A stretch of DNA of 63,134 nt, the filler included, from Reticulomyxa filosa (Eukaryota > Protista > Foraminifera): NCBI GenBank assembly GCA_000512085.1. It is 19 parts of 19 records of this genome, joined end to end, with 100 filler letters (N's around TTAATTAATTAA, not from the genome) between each part and the next. Parts side by side here need not be neighbours in the genome. Positions count along the whole stretch, not along the records: positions 47,129 to 50,911 come from ASPP01001698.1; positions 51,012 to 53,627 come from ASPP01013071.1; positions 53,728 to 55,946 come from ASPP01007315.1; positions 56,047 to 57,540 come from ASPP01005257.1; positions 57,641 to 59,231 come from ASPP01041882.1; positions 59,332 to 63,134 come from ASPP01004275.1; 13 more parts are not named here. One strand, written 5' to 3'. The notes beneath the pieces are model-generated. The model had not been told where the DNA came from, did not search any database, and saw only the letters and a program-made list of their open reading frames with translations. Numbering within the stretch: the first letter of the stretch is position 1; each line of letters opens with the position of its first letter. Shown here in pieces: positions 48,629 through 61,710 of this stretch. Position numbers and translations under genes: made by a program.

Positions 48629-48653
48629 TGCGGATGACTCCCGAAGGAGTTCC
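48548..48653 (-). ncRNA. RNU6: U6 spliceosomal snRNA
   Basis: Reverse complement GGAACTCCTTCGGGAGTC...ATTGGAACGATACAGAGAAGATTAGCATGGCCCCTGCGCAAGGATGACACGCAAA...TTTT. It has the 5' UUCG stem-loop, ACAGAGA box, AGC triad, ISL and an oligo-T Pol III terminator. Confidence 0.97.
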
Positions 48654-49673
48654 GAACTACCAATCGGTCCTAATTCTTACTTATCCTATTTTATTTTTCA
48701 TGCATCACACTTTTTTTTCCTGTTCACAGTCCCCTTTTTTTTTAGGGAAAAAAAAAATCTATTATAAACAAAAACTTTGTCAACGGCGTTAGTTCTGTCA
48801 AACGTCGTACTCGCAACTGACCGTTTTGTCTATGAATCCTCACTATTAACCCGATTCAACTTTGGACTTGTTTTGTGTTACTTGTTCACTGAAACTCGTT
48901 AACGCTTGTATCAAGCTTTCTTTCTAAGCTGGAAATACACAACGATTTGTTTGTCTTTTGCTCTGAAATTAAACATTGACTATTATTGACGAAACACAAT
49001 TTGTTCCTACTCCCATTAAAATATCCCTTCTTTTTAGGTCTACAGTGAAATACGTTGATTTTTTAATAATAAAAAATTGTACCACGACAAATTGCTAGAT
49101 TAAAGATAAAATTCTATTTTTACGAGCCTCCAAATAAACACGGCAGAACTGCAAAACAATTAAATTTTTTGCGATTGAGAAACAAACAGCCAAAAATAGT
49201 AGTAAAAATTTGTTTTGATACAGAAGGACGCAGTTTGTGAGAGAAAATAATGCGTTGGAAGCACGTTCTGGCGAAGCTTTAAACTTTTCAAGTGCTGCAT
49301 GTTTGATACTGGTATATGCTTTGTGTGTATGTTTGGCTGGCTTTGTGAGTACAACAATTTGTTGCTCTTCAAACCGTCAGTTTGTAGTATTAATCGTTTA
49401 CAATTGAGACTGCGGTATTGTCTGCTAATGGACTAATAATACCAACTGGCCAAAAGAATTTTTTTATTACCTTTTAGTATATAAAAAGTAAAACTATATC
49501 GTTAGTAAGTCACAAAACCCAAAAAAAATGGGGTAGTTTGAATAAAAAAGTGATCAAATTGGAGGTATTGTTTTGAATTAACAAATAAAACTTTGGCCTC
49601 CGTCCAACTTGAATGCAAATCAAAAAAAGACACTTACAACCTCTTTTACCAGAAATTTCTCTCAAACAATCAA

Positions 49674-50849
49674 TTACCTCAATTTAGCTTTAGGCAGAAC
49701 TTGGTGTCTGTGTTCATCATACAAACGTTGAACAAACTCACCAGCTTTGGATTGTTGCAGTTGGAGAGCTAATTCGTGCAATTTGAGAGCTTTCTTTTCG
49801 TTTTCGGAAAGTAAAAACTCTTTGCATTCTCCATTAGCAAAGACTTCTCTATTGACAAGAAAGTGTGACAACAAGCTAGCAAAGGTGAAATCAATGAACG
49901 TAGGTCCTTTGTCCGTTCCCAGCAAATACTTTCGTCCATCCGAGTTTAATTTCTCCTCTACCAACTTTACCGTATCTTTGATTAAAGCTAACTGTTTTTG
50001 GACATTTTTTGGTGTAATTTTAAGACCTATCCGCACAAATTTTACTATCGCTGGGTACATAATTGTACACGCAATTGACTGATACCATGGCACTTTCTTC
50101 GAGTAGCTTCCATTTGGCAATGTTCCCAACCACGCTGTATTTGCGTCATCGACAAATGCATTATTCAAATTAAGGGCATGTGCTCTAACAAAAAAAAAAA
50201 AATGCATTGTACCTTGCATTGTTTGTTGCTTATTCTTAAGCAGTTCATCATATATTACCACTTGAACTGCTGTACCCATTTCATCCAATTTTTTTTCGAG
50301 TTCAACTGCCTCAGGGGTTGGTTCCAGGAATTTTCTGACCTTTTTTTTAACCGTTATTTTTTTTTAATTTTTTTTTTTTTTTTTTTGGTATACCTCTTCT
50401 CTTCCTACTGCTCTCGCAATTTTTTAAAGTTTTTTTTATTAAACTTTTTCCGAGTATGCCGGATCTCCGCACACATGACCATAGACATATCGTAAAATAT
50501 CTGATGAGTTGCCTATGGACACTCGCTTTCGTGGAATGGTCAGAATTGGTACTGTCCTTTGAAACAGAAATATTCCCAGTATTCCAGCATCGAATTCCTC
50601 ATCATGATCAATTCCACAGTACTGCAAACACCATCGTATCTTTTCACAAAAGTGAGAGGGGCCGATACTTGCTAATTTCCATTTTTTACCTGGCCCAAAC
50701 AATCTAAACTTTACTCGCAGCGCAAAGTAGGTCACAAGAAACACCGCCCATACGATTAACGTTGTGAAAAATCGCTGTTTAAAAAATGATGCAAGTACAG
50801 GAAGAAGTAATAAGAATATTAAAGGGATGCTCTCAATTGATAAACGCAT
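49674..50849 (-). CDS. Glutathione S-transferase-like protein with N-terminal membrane anchor
   Basis: SHFCEKIRWCL, TVPIL and GNSSDILRY (GST N domain); GRKYLLG...PTFIDFTFASL (GST C domain). Introns 50444-50340 and ~50212-50135. Confidence 0.82.
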
Positions 50850-51043
50850 TGAATTGTACTAAATGTTTTGAGAGTTAATGAAAATTTGGAACTACCTTGT
50901 TTTGTTGTTTTNNNNNNNNNNNNNNNNNNNNNNNNNNNNNNNNNNNNNNNNNNNNTTAATTAATTAANNNNNNNNNNNNNNNNNNNNNNNNNNNNNNNNN
51001 NNNNNNNNNNNTTTTTTACCTTTTTTACCTTTTTTACCTTCCA

Positions 51044-53515
51044 TTATTCGGTTTTATGTCTTGGTCCTTCTAACAATTTCGCAAATGAAAAAGGAACGAA
51101 AGCATATCCATCTCCATAGTAAAACTTATTTTGAAATTCCACCCAGTGCAAGCGCAAGGCATGCAAAAAGCATTCGAGTACATCCATGACCAATAAAACG
51201 CAAACAGTGAATACGAGGAACATGAATGTGGAGGCCACATTAATGATGACCGCCGTGCCCCCAGTGGACGATAAAGTCGACCCAATCGTCTTGCTGAAAA
51301 ACACCTCGGATAATTCCGCATGGGCTAGACTCAATGCCCACAATCGCAAGTAGGATGCAGTATTGGATATAGTTCCCAAAATATACTCGATGGTATGTAT
51401 CAACTGATGAATGACGATATCTCCAAAGGGTTGACGTTCATCTTCTGCTCCATGGTGGGCTACTTGTGCAAGTTCGCGAACATTGGAATGTTCTCGGTAG
51501 CCCTCAGATGCAGCTGATTCAGGACGTTTTTCGTCGATGTGCCTCAAATGAGGCATTTGTACTTGCGCGGAATGCTCGTCGTCCATTAACAGTTCGTGCG
51601 AAGGAACACGATTCATTCGGTGTCGTAGCACGAGAGGTTTAATGCACAGCATGGTCGGGATACTGAGCACCAATAAAAGTAAGAAAATGACTTGGAGACT
51701 AGCTTGCGCGGATTTGTTAGGAAAAATCTGGACCGAATTGGAAATGGAGCCTGGAGATAAAAACATGTTAATTAAGAGTGTAATTAGCGAAGGTGTATCA
51801 GGTAAAGTGGATATACTCCAATCCAAGCACCATTTATAAAAAATTAAAAAGATCATGTATCCAAAAAAACATAGCATGAATACCAGCTGCGGAACAAACT
51901 CAAACCACACTGATAAGTGATCATGTTCTTGCAGATGATTGGAAAGTTTCAAAAATAAGCCAAATGTCATTTGCGAGACCCCGATGATCACTGCTAATTT
52001 CATTTTCAAACTGTTGGAAAATGATAATTGGTTATCGAGCCGACTCCACGCGGGGTCAATCCCTACGGCGTATACGTTTTCTTGCACCACAAAGGTGTAT
52101 CCATCGACATTACCACGTCTCCATTGGGTGCCATTCCATCCATTGATCATAATGGATAAGCAATCATTGTATATCAATCCGCAATACACAGAAAAAATCC
52201 CCATGAATAACAGCACATATCTGGCAAAATATAGCGACGCAAATGGTGTTTTATGAATATTAGTAAATCTTGCAAGCGCAAACAATAGTAATGTACCGAG
52301 CAGCAAACAGCCTCCATGGAAGATATCTCCGTACATAACACCAAATAAAAATGGGAAAGTGATGATCGTTGGAATAGCGGGATTGAACTCCTTGTACCTA
52401 GGTACACCATACGTATCCACAATTTGTTGAAACCCGGACATAAAGTCATTCGTTTCAAAGTACGTCGGAGGCATCTTATCCGTCGGCGGTGACAACTCGG
52501 TCATCATCGCTTGACCGACCCCTTTATCTCGAACCACAATCTCAAGTATCTCTTGGATTCGTTCTTTTTGATTCGACGCGCACCACCCCTCGGCACGTAA
52601 CACTGTATTTCCTTGGTAGGATTGAAAGCGGTTCATCATGGCCAGGATACCATGTTCCTGGGCTAGTGTCAATCTCCAGTCTTTCACTTGCATGGACACA
52701 TCTCTCATCAGCTTCATCAATAGGTTACGCGTGGCCAAGTGTGCACGTCTGTCTTCTGTCCCTTCCGTCTTGGTTCGCTCCAGTAATACCTCGCGCGGTA
52801 TCTCACTGTCGGACTCGTAACAAATTTGGATGCTCATGAACTGACATAACCTCCGCAAGGAACGCTGCAGTTGATTGCCCAAAAAAAACACCACAAACAC
52901 AAGTGCATGAAGGTCTCGTGCCTCTTCAAACCGAACCAACGAGTTGCCGCGGGTGGTTAAATACACCTGTCTTTCAAACGATGCCCTTTGTGCCACGGTC
53001 ACCACACCAGCAATATATTTGAATACGACTTCGTCCTTTGTCTGCTGCTTTCTATTAAAGTGGGAAATAAAATAAGGGGGGGATGCCAGAAAACGATTTG
53101 ACAAAAGAAATTTCCATTGTTTAATGTGCATGTACGTATACACATTCAAATGATCATATATTATTTTTTTTTTTGTTGTTGTTATTGTTTTGTTTTCTCG
53201 AACTACAGCAACTTCCTTTACACACATACACACACATGCCTCCAAGCCTCTCTTCAACAAATTCTCGTCGCTCTTGTGACAAAAATTCATCCATTTGGGC
53301 TAACACTTGTACTTTGGCCTGTTTTCCAATTTTTTTTTTTTTTAAATTATTTGACCCTTTTTTTTTTTCTTTTGGAAGGATTACTACATTGTGTGTGTGT
53401 GATCACAATCCCGCACCTGACGTTCATTGACTTGCCTTTTAAGATCTTTTTCGGCATTCCCTTGGCTTTTCAACTCTTGAAACGCTTTTTGTACGTCGCG
53501 CTAAAGAAGAGGGAT
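51044..53515 (-). CDS. ATP6V0A: V-type H+-ATPase V0 subunit a, 5'-truncated
   Basis: PPTYFETN, YGVPRYKEFNP, FPFLFGVMYGD, NSLKMKL, IHTIEYILGTISNTASYLRLWALSLAH (essential Arg) and LHALRLHWVEFQNKFY. Confidence 0.96.
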
Positions 53516-53594
53516 TGAAATGTGATTGTGTTATTTGTTTATGCGTAGCTACATGTACATGTACACATACACATACAAATGAACACAAAAGAAG

Positions 53595-53627
<33 letters not shown>

Positions 53628-53727
53628 NNNNNNNNNNNNNNNNNNNNNNNNNNNNNNNNNNNNNNNNNNNNTTAATTAATTAANNNNNNNNNNNNNNNNN
53701 NNNNNNNNNNNNNNNNNNNNNNNNNNN

Positions 53728-53766
<39 letters not shown>

Positions 53767-55912
53767 ACAGCTTACTATTACTGTAATACAATAGCATACC
53801 AAAGACAAAGCATCCTCCTCCATAGGGAGTTCCATCACAAGGGACGATCAGGAGTTTGGCAAAGTGCATTTTGCTTTCGTGGACACGTAGGAAAATGCTG
53901 GAGTCGACGTCGATAGGCAGCGACTTGCTCAGATCGGCGTACTCGCAGCTAATCCTAGAGGTGAATGTCTTATTCGTCTCAGTGGAGTTGGACGCATAAT
54001 GATGTGTTTTAAGAAAAGACGAGTCGTCATTGCCAACCATGGCAAACCGCAACTTTTTCATCGTATTCATGTATTGTTCAGCAAACGCTGTTTGCTTTTC
54101 CGCATTCGTCATATTTTTTTCAGTTACGCGTTGTTCCTTGGACTTTTTATCGTCAGTCTTTGTCTCGTTATCCGTGTTTTCTTCAAAGTCCTCTTTTTTC
54201 ACAACAAAATCGCCATATTTTTTTTTATCATTAAAAAGTATATGTGTATATATGTATATAACATCTTACCGGCTCGAATTTTGGCTTTTTCCAAAGCAGT
54301 TTGGACAGCTTTGAAAGTTTCAATGATCAAATTGACGGTAGCGAAAAGAGCACTGTCCGCAGACGAAGAACTACCTTTGGTAAGCTTGCTTGTCAGCGAC
54401 GCCGTTTGATGCAGGTTTTCCAACAAGTGAAACAAGGTGACATTGGTAGTGGAAGGGGATCGGCATTTGTCATAAAACAAACGCAAGAGCAAGGTGTAGT
54501 TGCTCATCGTTTTGACAATGGAGTAAATGGTACGATACAGCTTTTCGTGGTGTTGCACAATGTCGAGCAGACTATCGTTTTTCAAATACTCTTTCAAAAA
54601 TGGAATTATGCAGCTTTCTTCAAATATCGTCAACAACGACTCTTGCGTCAGCTTGTCTTTCTTATTCGTCAGTTCCGCCAACACCAAGTCTGCTATCGAT
54701 TGAATCTCGCTGTCTTTTTTTTGCTGCGCCAACTTCCATGCTTGCATGTCCCAATCCTCTTGATCGAGTGCATGTCCATACTTTTTATGTATGTTATGTG
54801 ATTACGTGATGGCGTGATTATATGAGGATATATATACACATAGATGTATATGTACATATATGTACATATATACGGGCATAGCATACTTATGAATACAATA
54901 AAGATTGTTTGTTGCAAGACCGAAAGCCTTGCAAAATCAAAAATGAAAAGAAAAGAAGAGAAAAAAAAAAACACAATGTAAAACTCCAGTGCCTTTGGCC
55001 CATGCTTTGTAATTGCTATTGTAATTATCACCGTAGTAATCGTTGTTTTGTGTTTTCTTTTTTGTTTCTTGCGTCTCAGTCGTCTCCTTCTTATTATTCC
55101 CAAAGAACTTACTGCCGATCGACGGTAGTGTGGACATTTTGTAATCGTCCTCGCTTATCAACGTATTGGCACGGAACGGGACTTCCGTCAACATGCCTTT
55201 AACATATTGTTTTTTTAGAGTGCATGTTTGTGACTATCAACACATAGTTTTTTTTTTTTTTTATATTTCTCCTCCCTCCTTTCTTCCTCTTGCATGCTTC
55301 TTTACTATTACCAAAAAAATGTTAGGATAAAAAAAAAAAGGGACCCAAAAAAAAAAAATTGCACCTTTTTTTTTTTTTTTTTTTTTTTTGTCAAACTTAA
55401 CTCAAACGTAATAATTGATATTCCATTTCAGTAAAGGGCGGCCTTTCATTGGAAGGGTTGTTGACGGGATTAGTGACGTCGACATGTCCTGCTTTCAAGA
55501 TCAAATGCCGAATGGCGTTGAAAATGTCCTCCAAAGTTCGAACGGGGTTCCACTTGGCCACTTGCAACTCTTCCATGCACACAATCCGCCCAAACATAAA
55601 GTTTTCCAAGCGCGGACGCACCAAGCGAACCTTTGGAGGATAAATCGGAAACAATTCCATCAAGAACGACACATGCATTTCCACGCAGTTCCACTCTTCG
55701 CCATATATGTTGCCCAGTTTCATCAAGTCCAAATAGATCGCACTTTCCGAGTCAAAGTTGCTAAACTTTACTTTCCATTCGTATATGTTGTCGTCAATGG
55801 GTATCACTTGCACGGATTTGTCACCATTGTCATATTGTTTCTTTTTTTTTTTTTTTTTTTTTTTTTGGATAAAAAAAAAAATGCGTATTTTCGCAAAAGA
55901 TAATATATACAC

Positions 55913-55946
<34 letters not shown>
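53728..55946 (-). CDS. Protein with two ubiquitin-conjugating domains (UBE2Q-like, then BIRC6-like), truncated at both ends
   Basis: Exon 55826-55400: DNIYEWKV...FPIYPPKVRLVRP...IVCMEEL...WNP. Then WAKGTG|YG. Exon 54200-53800: LSKSLP...SSIFLR...GTPYGGGCFVF. Confidence 0.8.
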
Positions 55947-56149
55947 NNNNNNNNNNNNNNNNNNNNNNNNNNNNNNNNNNNNNNNNNNNNTTAATTAATT
56001 AANNNNNNNNNNNNNNNNNNNNNNNNNNNNNNNNNNNNNNNNNNNNAATAATAATAATAATAATAATAATTATTATTATTATTATTATATTTATATCCTT
56101 ATGCAATTATACTTATATATACATATATATTATATATTATATATGCATA

Positions 56150-57505
56150 TAAGTATATTGCATTATATATAAACTAGGATCGTCTGGCGTCGCAGGGGTC
56201 ATAACGTAGCTAACACTTTTGGCCTTTTGTCGAGTAACGACTAAAGGTTCCAAACTGCTTTCCTTGTCTTTCTCGACATGTGAGGAGCCGCCGTTGATGT
56301 CGATAAGGATAGGGTTACCCTTTTGTTTGACGCTTTGTAATTTGATTTTGGGATTGTTTGGGTCAATGGAAACATCCAAGTCTTCCTCACTCAAAGGCAC
56401 GTCAATGAGTTGTTCCATTTCCAATTTGTTTTGCAGCTCTTTATCCAAATCTTGCAAAGTACTTAATCGTCGTTCATGCGAGCGCTCACTTAACAATTCC
56501 TTTTCATTCGACTCGGATTTGTCGACATTCGAGATTCCATCAAAATTCGCTTCCTTGTTGATGGTATTGACTCCCATTTTCCCTTTTTCTTTTTCTTGCT
56601 TTTCTTCCTTTTCCATCAGCTCTTGCATCACTTGTTGCAATTTGTTGGGGTCGATCACTTGACTCACGTGATTCTCTTCGTTGTTGTTGTTGCTATTGCG
56701 AGTGATGCTAATGGATTTGCGAAAGATTTGTAAATTGCGATGGAGTTTGCTCGCGTCCTCCTCTTCCAAGTCCCAATTCACTAGTGTTTTATTCCGTTCC
56801 ATTTCATTGCCGTTTTTGTTGGCTTCGTTCTACTTATCAAGTCAACACCCAATACACAACAACAACAACAACAAATAATAATAATAATAATAACAAGAAT
56901 GATATATGATAATAATAATAATAATGACACATAAATATGTTTGTATTTGTATATGAAAGTTAATAGTAATATTCCTAAAATGTTATAATTTGTCTAATAA
57001 AAATGTTCTCATTTTGCAAGCTGATTGTTGCGTCTTATATATACATATATATATATATATGTATATATGTATATATAAGGTTAATGTCTGTTTGCTTGTT
57101 TGTTTGGAATTGTTGTTGTGTTTAGTTTAGTTTAAATGGTTTCAATACCGAGCCGTGAGCATCTCCTCGCTGCTGTTGCTCGCTTGGGTTGTCGGGGTTG
57201 CTTCGACTATCTTCCAAAGACTCTTCGTCTTCTTTGTCCTTGTCCGTCTGCTTTCTATCTTGCTCGTCTTTTTCCTCGTCCTCGTGCTTGTCCTCATCGT
57301 CGTCTTCGTCGTCCTCCTCCGCGATTTGGCCGTGCCGATTCGATGAATGCTTCCTTCTCTCATTGCTCTTGTAGTTCACGGGCGTGGCTGAGTATGTCAC
57401 ACTTTGCTGTGTGTACACACTCATTGAGTCTGTCCCATGCTCACTCATTAATCCTTCATTTTCGACGCAATATTCTGTCATTTGTGTGTTTTCGTCCGCA
57501 CACAT
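56150..57505 (-). CDS. Hypothetical acidic/disordered protein, internal exons
   Basis: Two GC-richer open segments (57505-57140 and 56840-56170) separated by a microsatellite-rich intron. Confidence 0.5.
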
Positions 57506-57749
57506 TCATATCAGTTAATAATGTATACATATATATATATNNNNNNNNNNNNNNNNNNNNNNNNNNNNNNNNNNNNNNNNNNNNTTAATTAATTAANNNN
57601 NNNNNNNNNNNNNNNNNNNNNNNNNNNNNNNNNNNNNNNNAAAAAAAAAAAAATTTAAAATTAAATTTTGTGTGCTGATGTATACCATGGAGGGTCGCTA
57701 GATATGTCGCAAAAATGTAGAATATATCCTGAAAGCACAACCACATATT

Positions 57750-59205
57750 CAAGTTAAAATGTGCAAGGACAAGGAAAATATACATATACATATATATACA
57801 TACATATATACGTATATATGTATATATATACATGTGTGAAATGAAATAGAAAGCACCCGATTTATTCAATGCATGGTGCCAATCGATGATCGAGCTGCTA
57901 TTGACTAGCGAAGCATTTCCTTCGTTGCTATTAAGTGGCGCTCGAAATGTCCGCGGTGACATTGACGACATGTACAGCACATTTGAAACGGTCGAGGCGA
58001 GAAGAAACAGTATAATGACCCCACGGACGACATCCTTGCACTTGACAAGTCCGGACAAAGAAGACGCCTCGCCATCCTCGTCGTGGTCACCCGTCGCGTT
58101 GGATAACGTACACGCGTACGACGACTTTGGCGATGTCATGCAATATTTGAACCAACGCGAAGTCGAAGGACCATCGCTCTTGGCCGGTATTACCAAGTCT
58201 AAGTTGACAAAGCAATGCCACATTGGCCAAGTGGTATTTGGATTGAAGGAATTACATCAAATCTATCCCAAATTGTCGATTCCACTCAATAACATCATGT
58301 ATACGTAGACGTACATATATTTATATGCTTATTTTACTTCCAAAAAATACATTCATTTTTTTTTTCGTTTTTTTAAAAAAAAAAAAAAAAAAAAAAAGAC
58401 AATAGGTTTTCAATATGTGTTGCACAAGCAAACAAACAAATCCAAAATTGGTATCAATCAACAATCAATGCTTTGGATGAAACGTTGCATCGTCTATTTA
58501 TGACGGAGGCTGCATATCAAAGGAAAATATCATTTACAAAGTCGTGTCTGTTTGCTGCCAAACTACACATGTTTGTGGTAAATGAAGAAATCCCATTTCA
58601 TTTGAGCATCAACATGAAAGACTCGAACATGACCGATCCAACCAACCCAGTCAATCCAGCCACAGGCACCACTGACAAGGCCACCCAAGAGTTGGCCGCT
58701 GTATCTTCGTCCAAGCCTTCCACTGTCGTGAAAAACAACCCTGCGACGAATACGCAAGTGCCTCCACGGTCCAAGATTTGGATGGAGTTCTTTTGTGACT
58801 GCATCCCTGACTTTATTGACAAAATCTTGTATTTGTATCCCAAGCTGTGTCAAACAGGTTCTTTGGGGAAAGAAGAAAAAGATGAAAAGCAGCGGTCACG
58901 GGTCATATGTTTGTTAATTAACAAATTCATTGAAAAGGTATTCTTTTGTTATTTCCTTTATTTATTTTTTTTTTTGTTTTGTTTTGTTTTTGTTTTGTTT
59001 GTTTGTTTGATTTTATTATTGTTTATCCTCTCATTTTTTCGTCTTTCATTTGAAACAGATATCGATCCACTTGAAAGCACATTATTCAAGTGAAGGCGTT
59101 GACAACAATATGCTTCGAGGCATACATGATGTTATCTCCACCTCTTTGTTTTATTTGTTGAATTCTCATTTGTGGAAAAAAGACTTGGCATTGCTCGAAA
59201 CAGTT
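57750..59205 (+). CDS. Hypothetical large helical protein, internal exons
   Basis: Open GC-richer exons ~57850-58298, ~58406-58937 and ~59059-59200 with GT-AG boundaries; at least one frame discrepancy; no family recognised. Confidence 0.5.
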
Positions 59206-59331
59206 TAGCGTGTGTGTGTGTGTGTGTGTGTNNNNNNNNNNNNNNNNNNNNNNNNNNNNNNNNNNNNNNNNNNNNTTAATTAATTAANNNNNNNNNNNNN
59301 NNNNNNNNNNNNNNNNNNNNNNNNNNNNNNN

Positions 59332-59697
59332 ACAATATTATCTGGATCATGGGATAAAAGTGTTCGTTTATGGGATATTCGATCTGGTCAAGAAATTCAA
59401 GAATTCATTGGACATATGAGTTCTGTGAATGCTGTTGAATATTCATCATTTATAGTAGATAATAAGGAACTTGGTGGTAGTTCAAATGTGATATGCTCTG
59501 GAGCAGAAGATAATATAATTCGTTTTTGGGATGTTCGATCAAATAAAAAGGAATTGTATATTATCAAAGGAGAGGAAAAAGAACATGCTGGAATAATGTG
59601 TCTCAAATTTCTAAAATTAAAAAGGAATAGCAAAAGCAATAATATTATTAATTTATGTTATGGTTCAAATAAGGGTTCTATTTCTATTTGGGGATAG
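59332..59697 (+). CDS. WD40 family gene, 3' end (5'-truncated)
   Basis: TILSGSWDKSVRLWDIRSGQEIQEFIGH...IIRFWDVRSNK...ISIWG* is open throughout and paralogous to 45334-45951. Confidence 0.85.
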   Translation, partial: TILSGSWDKSVRLWDIRSGQEIQEFIGHMSSVNAVEYSSFIVDNKELGGSSNVICSGAEDNIIRFWDVRSNKKELYIIKGEEKEHAGIMCLKFLKLKRNSKSNNIINLCYGSNKGSISIWG

Positions 59698-60282
59698 TAT
59701 CATTTTTTCAACAGTAAGAATATTTTTGCTTTAATTAATTTTCCTCACAAATTACATATTTCAAATACAGTTGTCACAATCAAGTGAAATATTGTACTTT
59801 GTCAAAATGACAACATAGCTAATTGTAAATAAAAAAAACACAATCGTGCAACTCTTTTTCTATGCTATTATATCTTTGTTGTTCCATTTCAAAAGAGATT
59901 GAATTGTACAATTAATAATTGATAAAGATGTTTGTGTATTTTTGCTTTCATTAGTTGATGTATCATCTCCATCTAGTGGATTAATGACAATCTCATTTGT
60001 CATATGTGATTGGCAATGAGGAAAACCATTATTCATTGAATTTATTTCTTCAACATTTCTAAAATAACTTTTTCATCTGTCTTGGGGAAAGAAGTTTAAA
60101 AGTTTATTAACAGTCTTTGGAATATGAAAATAACTTCATTTTGACCTTTGTTGAATTTTATTTGTGTGCATCATCAAACTCAGTCTCAACGACACAAGAA
60201 ACATCGGTATGCTTTAGTTTAATCTTTGAAAGAGTTGATTGTCTTCAAGTTGTTTACTAATTGCGTGCTTTGTGATCAAAAG

Positions 60283-61380
60283 TCTAAAGAAAAAGATGTT
60301 CAAACTGTTATTGCATATTGAACATTAAATTAGGATGGATTTATGATTTTGACAAACTCATCGTCAAATATGTTATGTATATTTAACATAGACCAATACA
60401 ATCTTCATGTTTAATACCTTTCTTTCATCATTCAAATTACTCAATACTTTCACCGAACATACTGAAATTGTGTGGAGTATTGATTATTTAACACTTGATG
60501 GTGATCAAATGATAAAATAGTTTGTATATGGGATGCAGAGATCAATAAACGAAATCAGACATTCAATGGACATTCAAGTGAAGTGTATTGTGTGAAATTT
60601 TCAGTATCATATGATAAATTTAAGAGTTCAATGGGCATACAAGTTGGATGAATGTTGTTGAATGCTCACCATTTGTAGTAAATAATATAGAAATTGGTAG
60701 TACAATAGAATATTCTGTCTTACATTTTTATCATTAAAAAACAAGAGAAAAACAATAATAGCAGTGGAGGTTCTATATATATTTGTGGATATAGTATCAT
60801 CTGTCCATTGATAAAAATATTTATTGCTAATTAACATAAAAACATATTATTTTTATTTCGTTCAAAAACAAGACTCTAATGGATAGAATTGAAATTTTAC
60901 AACACAAAAATGCAAGAAATTATTGTGATAAAATTTATTAATACCAAAAAATCCATTTCAGTGTGTAGTGTAAAATATGGATCAAATGAATTATGAAATA
61001 CAATATAATCTGATCAACAAATTCAAGTATTCAATAAACATAAAGATACTGTATATTCTGATGAATATTCACCATGTAGTCGATCAAATAAGAATGAATT
61101 GTAAATTATCAAAGGAAATGATGAAGGAAATGGAATATTCTCAATTAAAAAATAATGAAAAAAAACAATAATGGTTGTTGCCACATCAGATAATACAATT
61201 GATTTTTGTGATATTCGATCAAATAAGGATGAGCTACATGCGATCAATGGAAATGAAAAAGAAAGTTATTGAATATTCTGTCTTACATTTCTACAATTGA
61301 AAAAGCAATGATAATTTGAGTTGTGATACTAATTTGTGTTATGATTCACAAAGAAGTCATAATCATATTTTATGGATAAA
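60283..61380 (+). pseudogene. Highly degraded LGW exon + WD40 pseudogene
   Basis: SKEKDVQTVIAY..NIKLGWIYDFDKLIVKY|GT, then TNTIFMFNTF..., FNGHSSEVYCVKFS, SVKYGSNEL and DIRSNK fragments with many deletions and stops. Confidence 0.8.
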
Positions 61381-61614
61381 TTAATAAAATAGTTTTCTCA
61401 CTTAATTAATATATTCATTTCGATTTACATTTGTTCAAGTACAGTTAAATAGAGGATTTAATTTTAATTAAAAGGATGACTTGAACAGTTTTTTTTGCTA
61501 ATTTTATTATTTTTCTGTCATACAAATTTCTTTTCTAATATGATATTGCGAATATTTCTGCCCACTTCACTTTCTTAATCTCAATACCTACTACACAAAA
61601 TAGGAAATCATTTG

Positions 61615-61710
61615 TAATATTATGCTTATCATACATTCAAAAAAGAATACAAATTTGTGAGTATCCAAGTAATGTGGAATTATATGGATAACAATAATAA
61701 CAAAGATATA
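61615..61710 (+). pseudogene. Kelch family remnant
   Basis: YAYHTFKKEYKF / CEYPSNVELYG / DNNNNKD match blade 1-2 of the contig 1 Kelch genes, with deletions. Confidence 0.6.

Noticed and set aside
48576-48792. Two short plus-strand ORFs
   Set aside because: They are antisense to the U6 snRNA gene.
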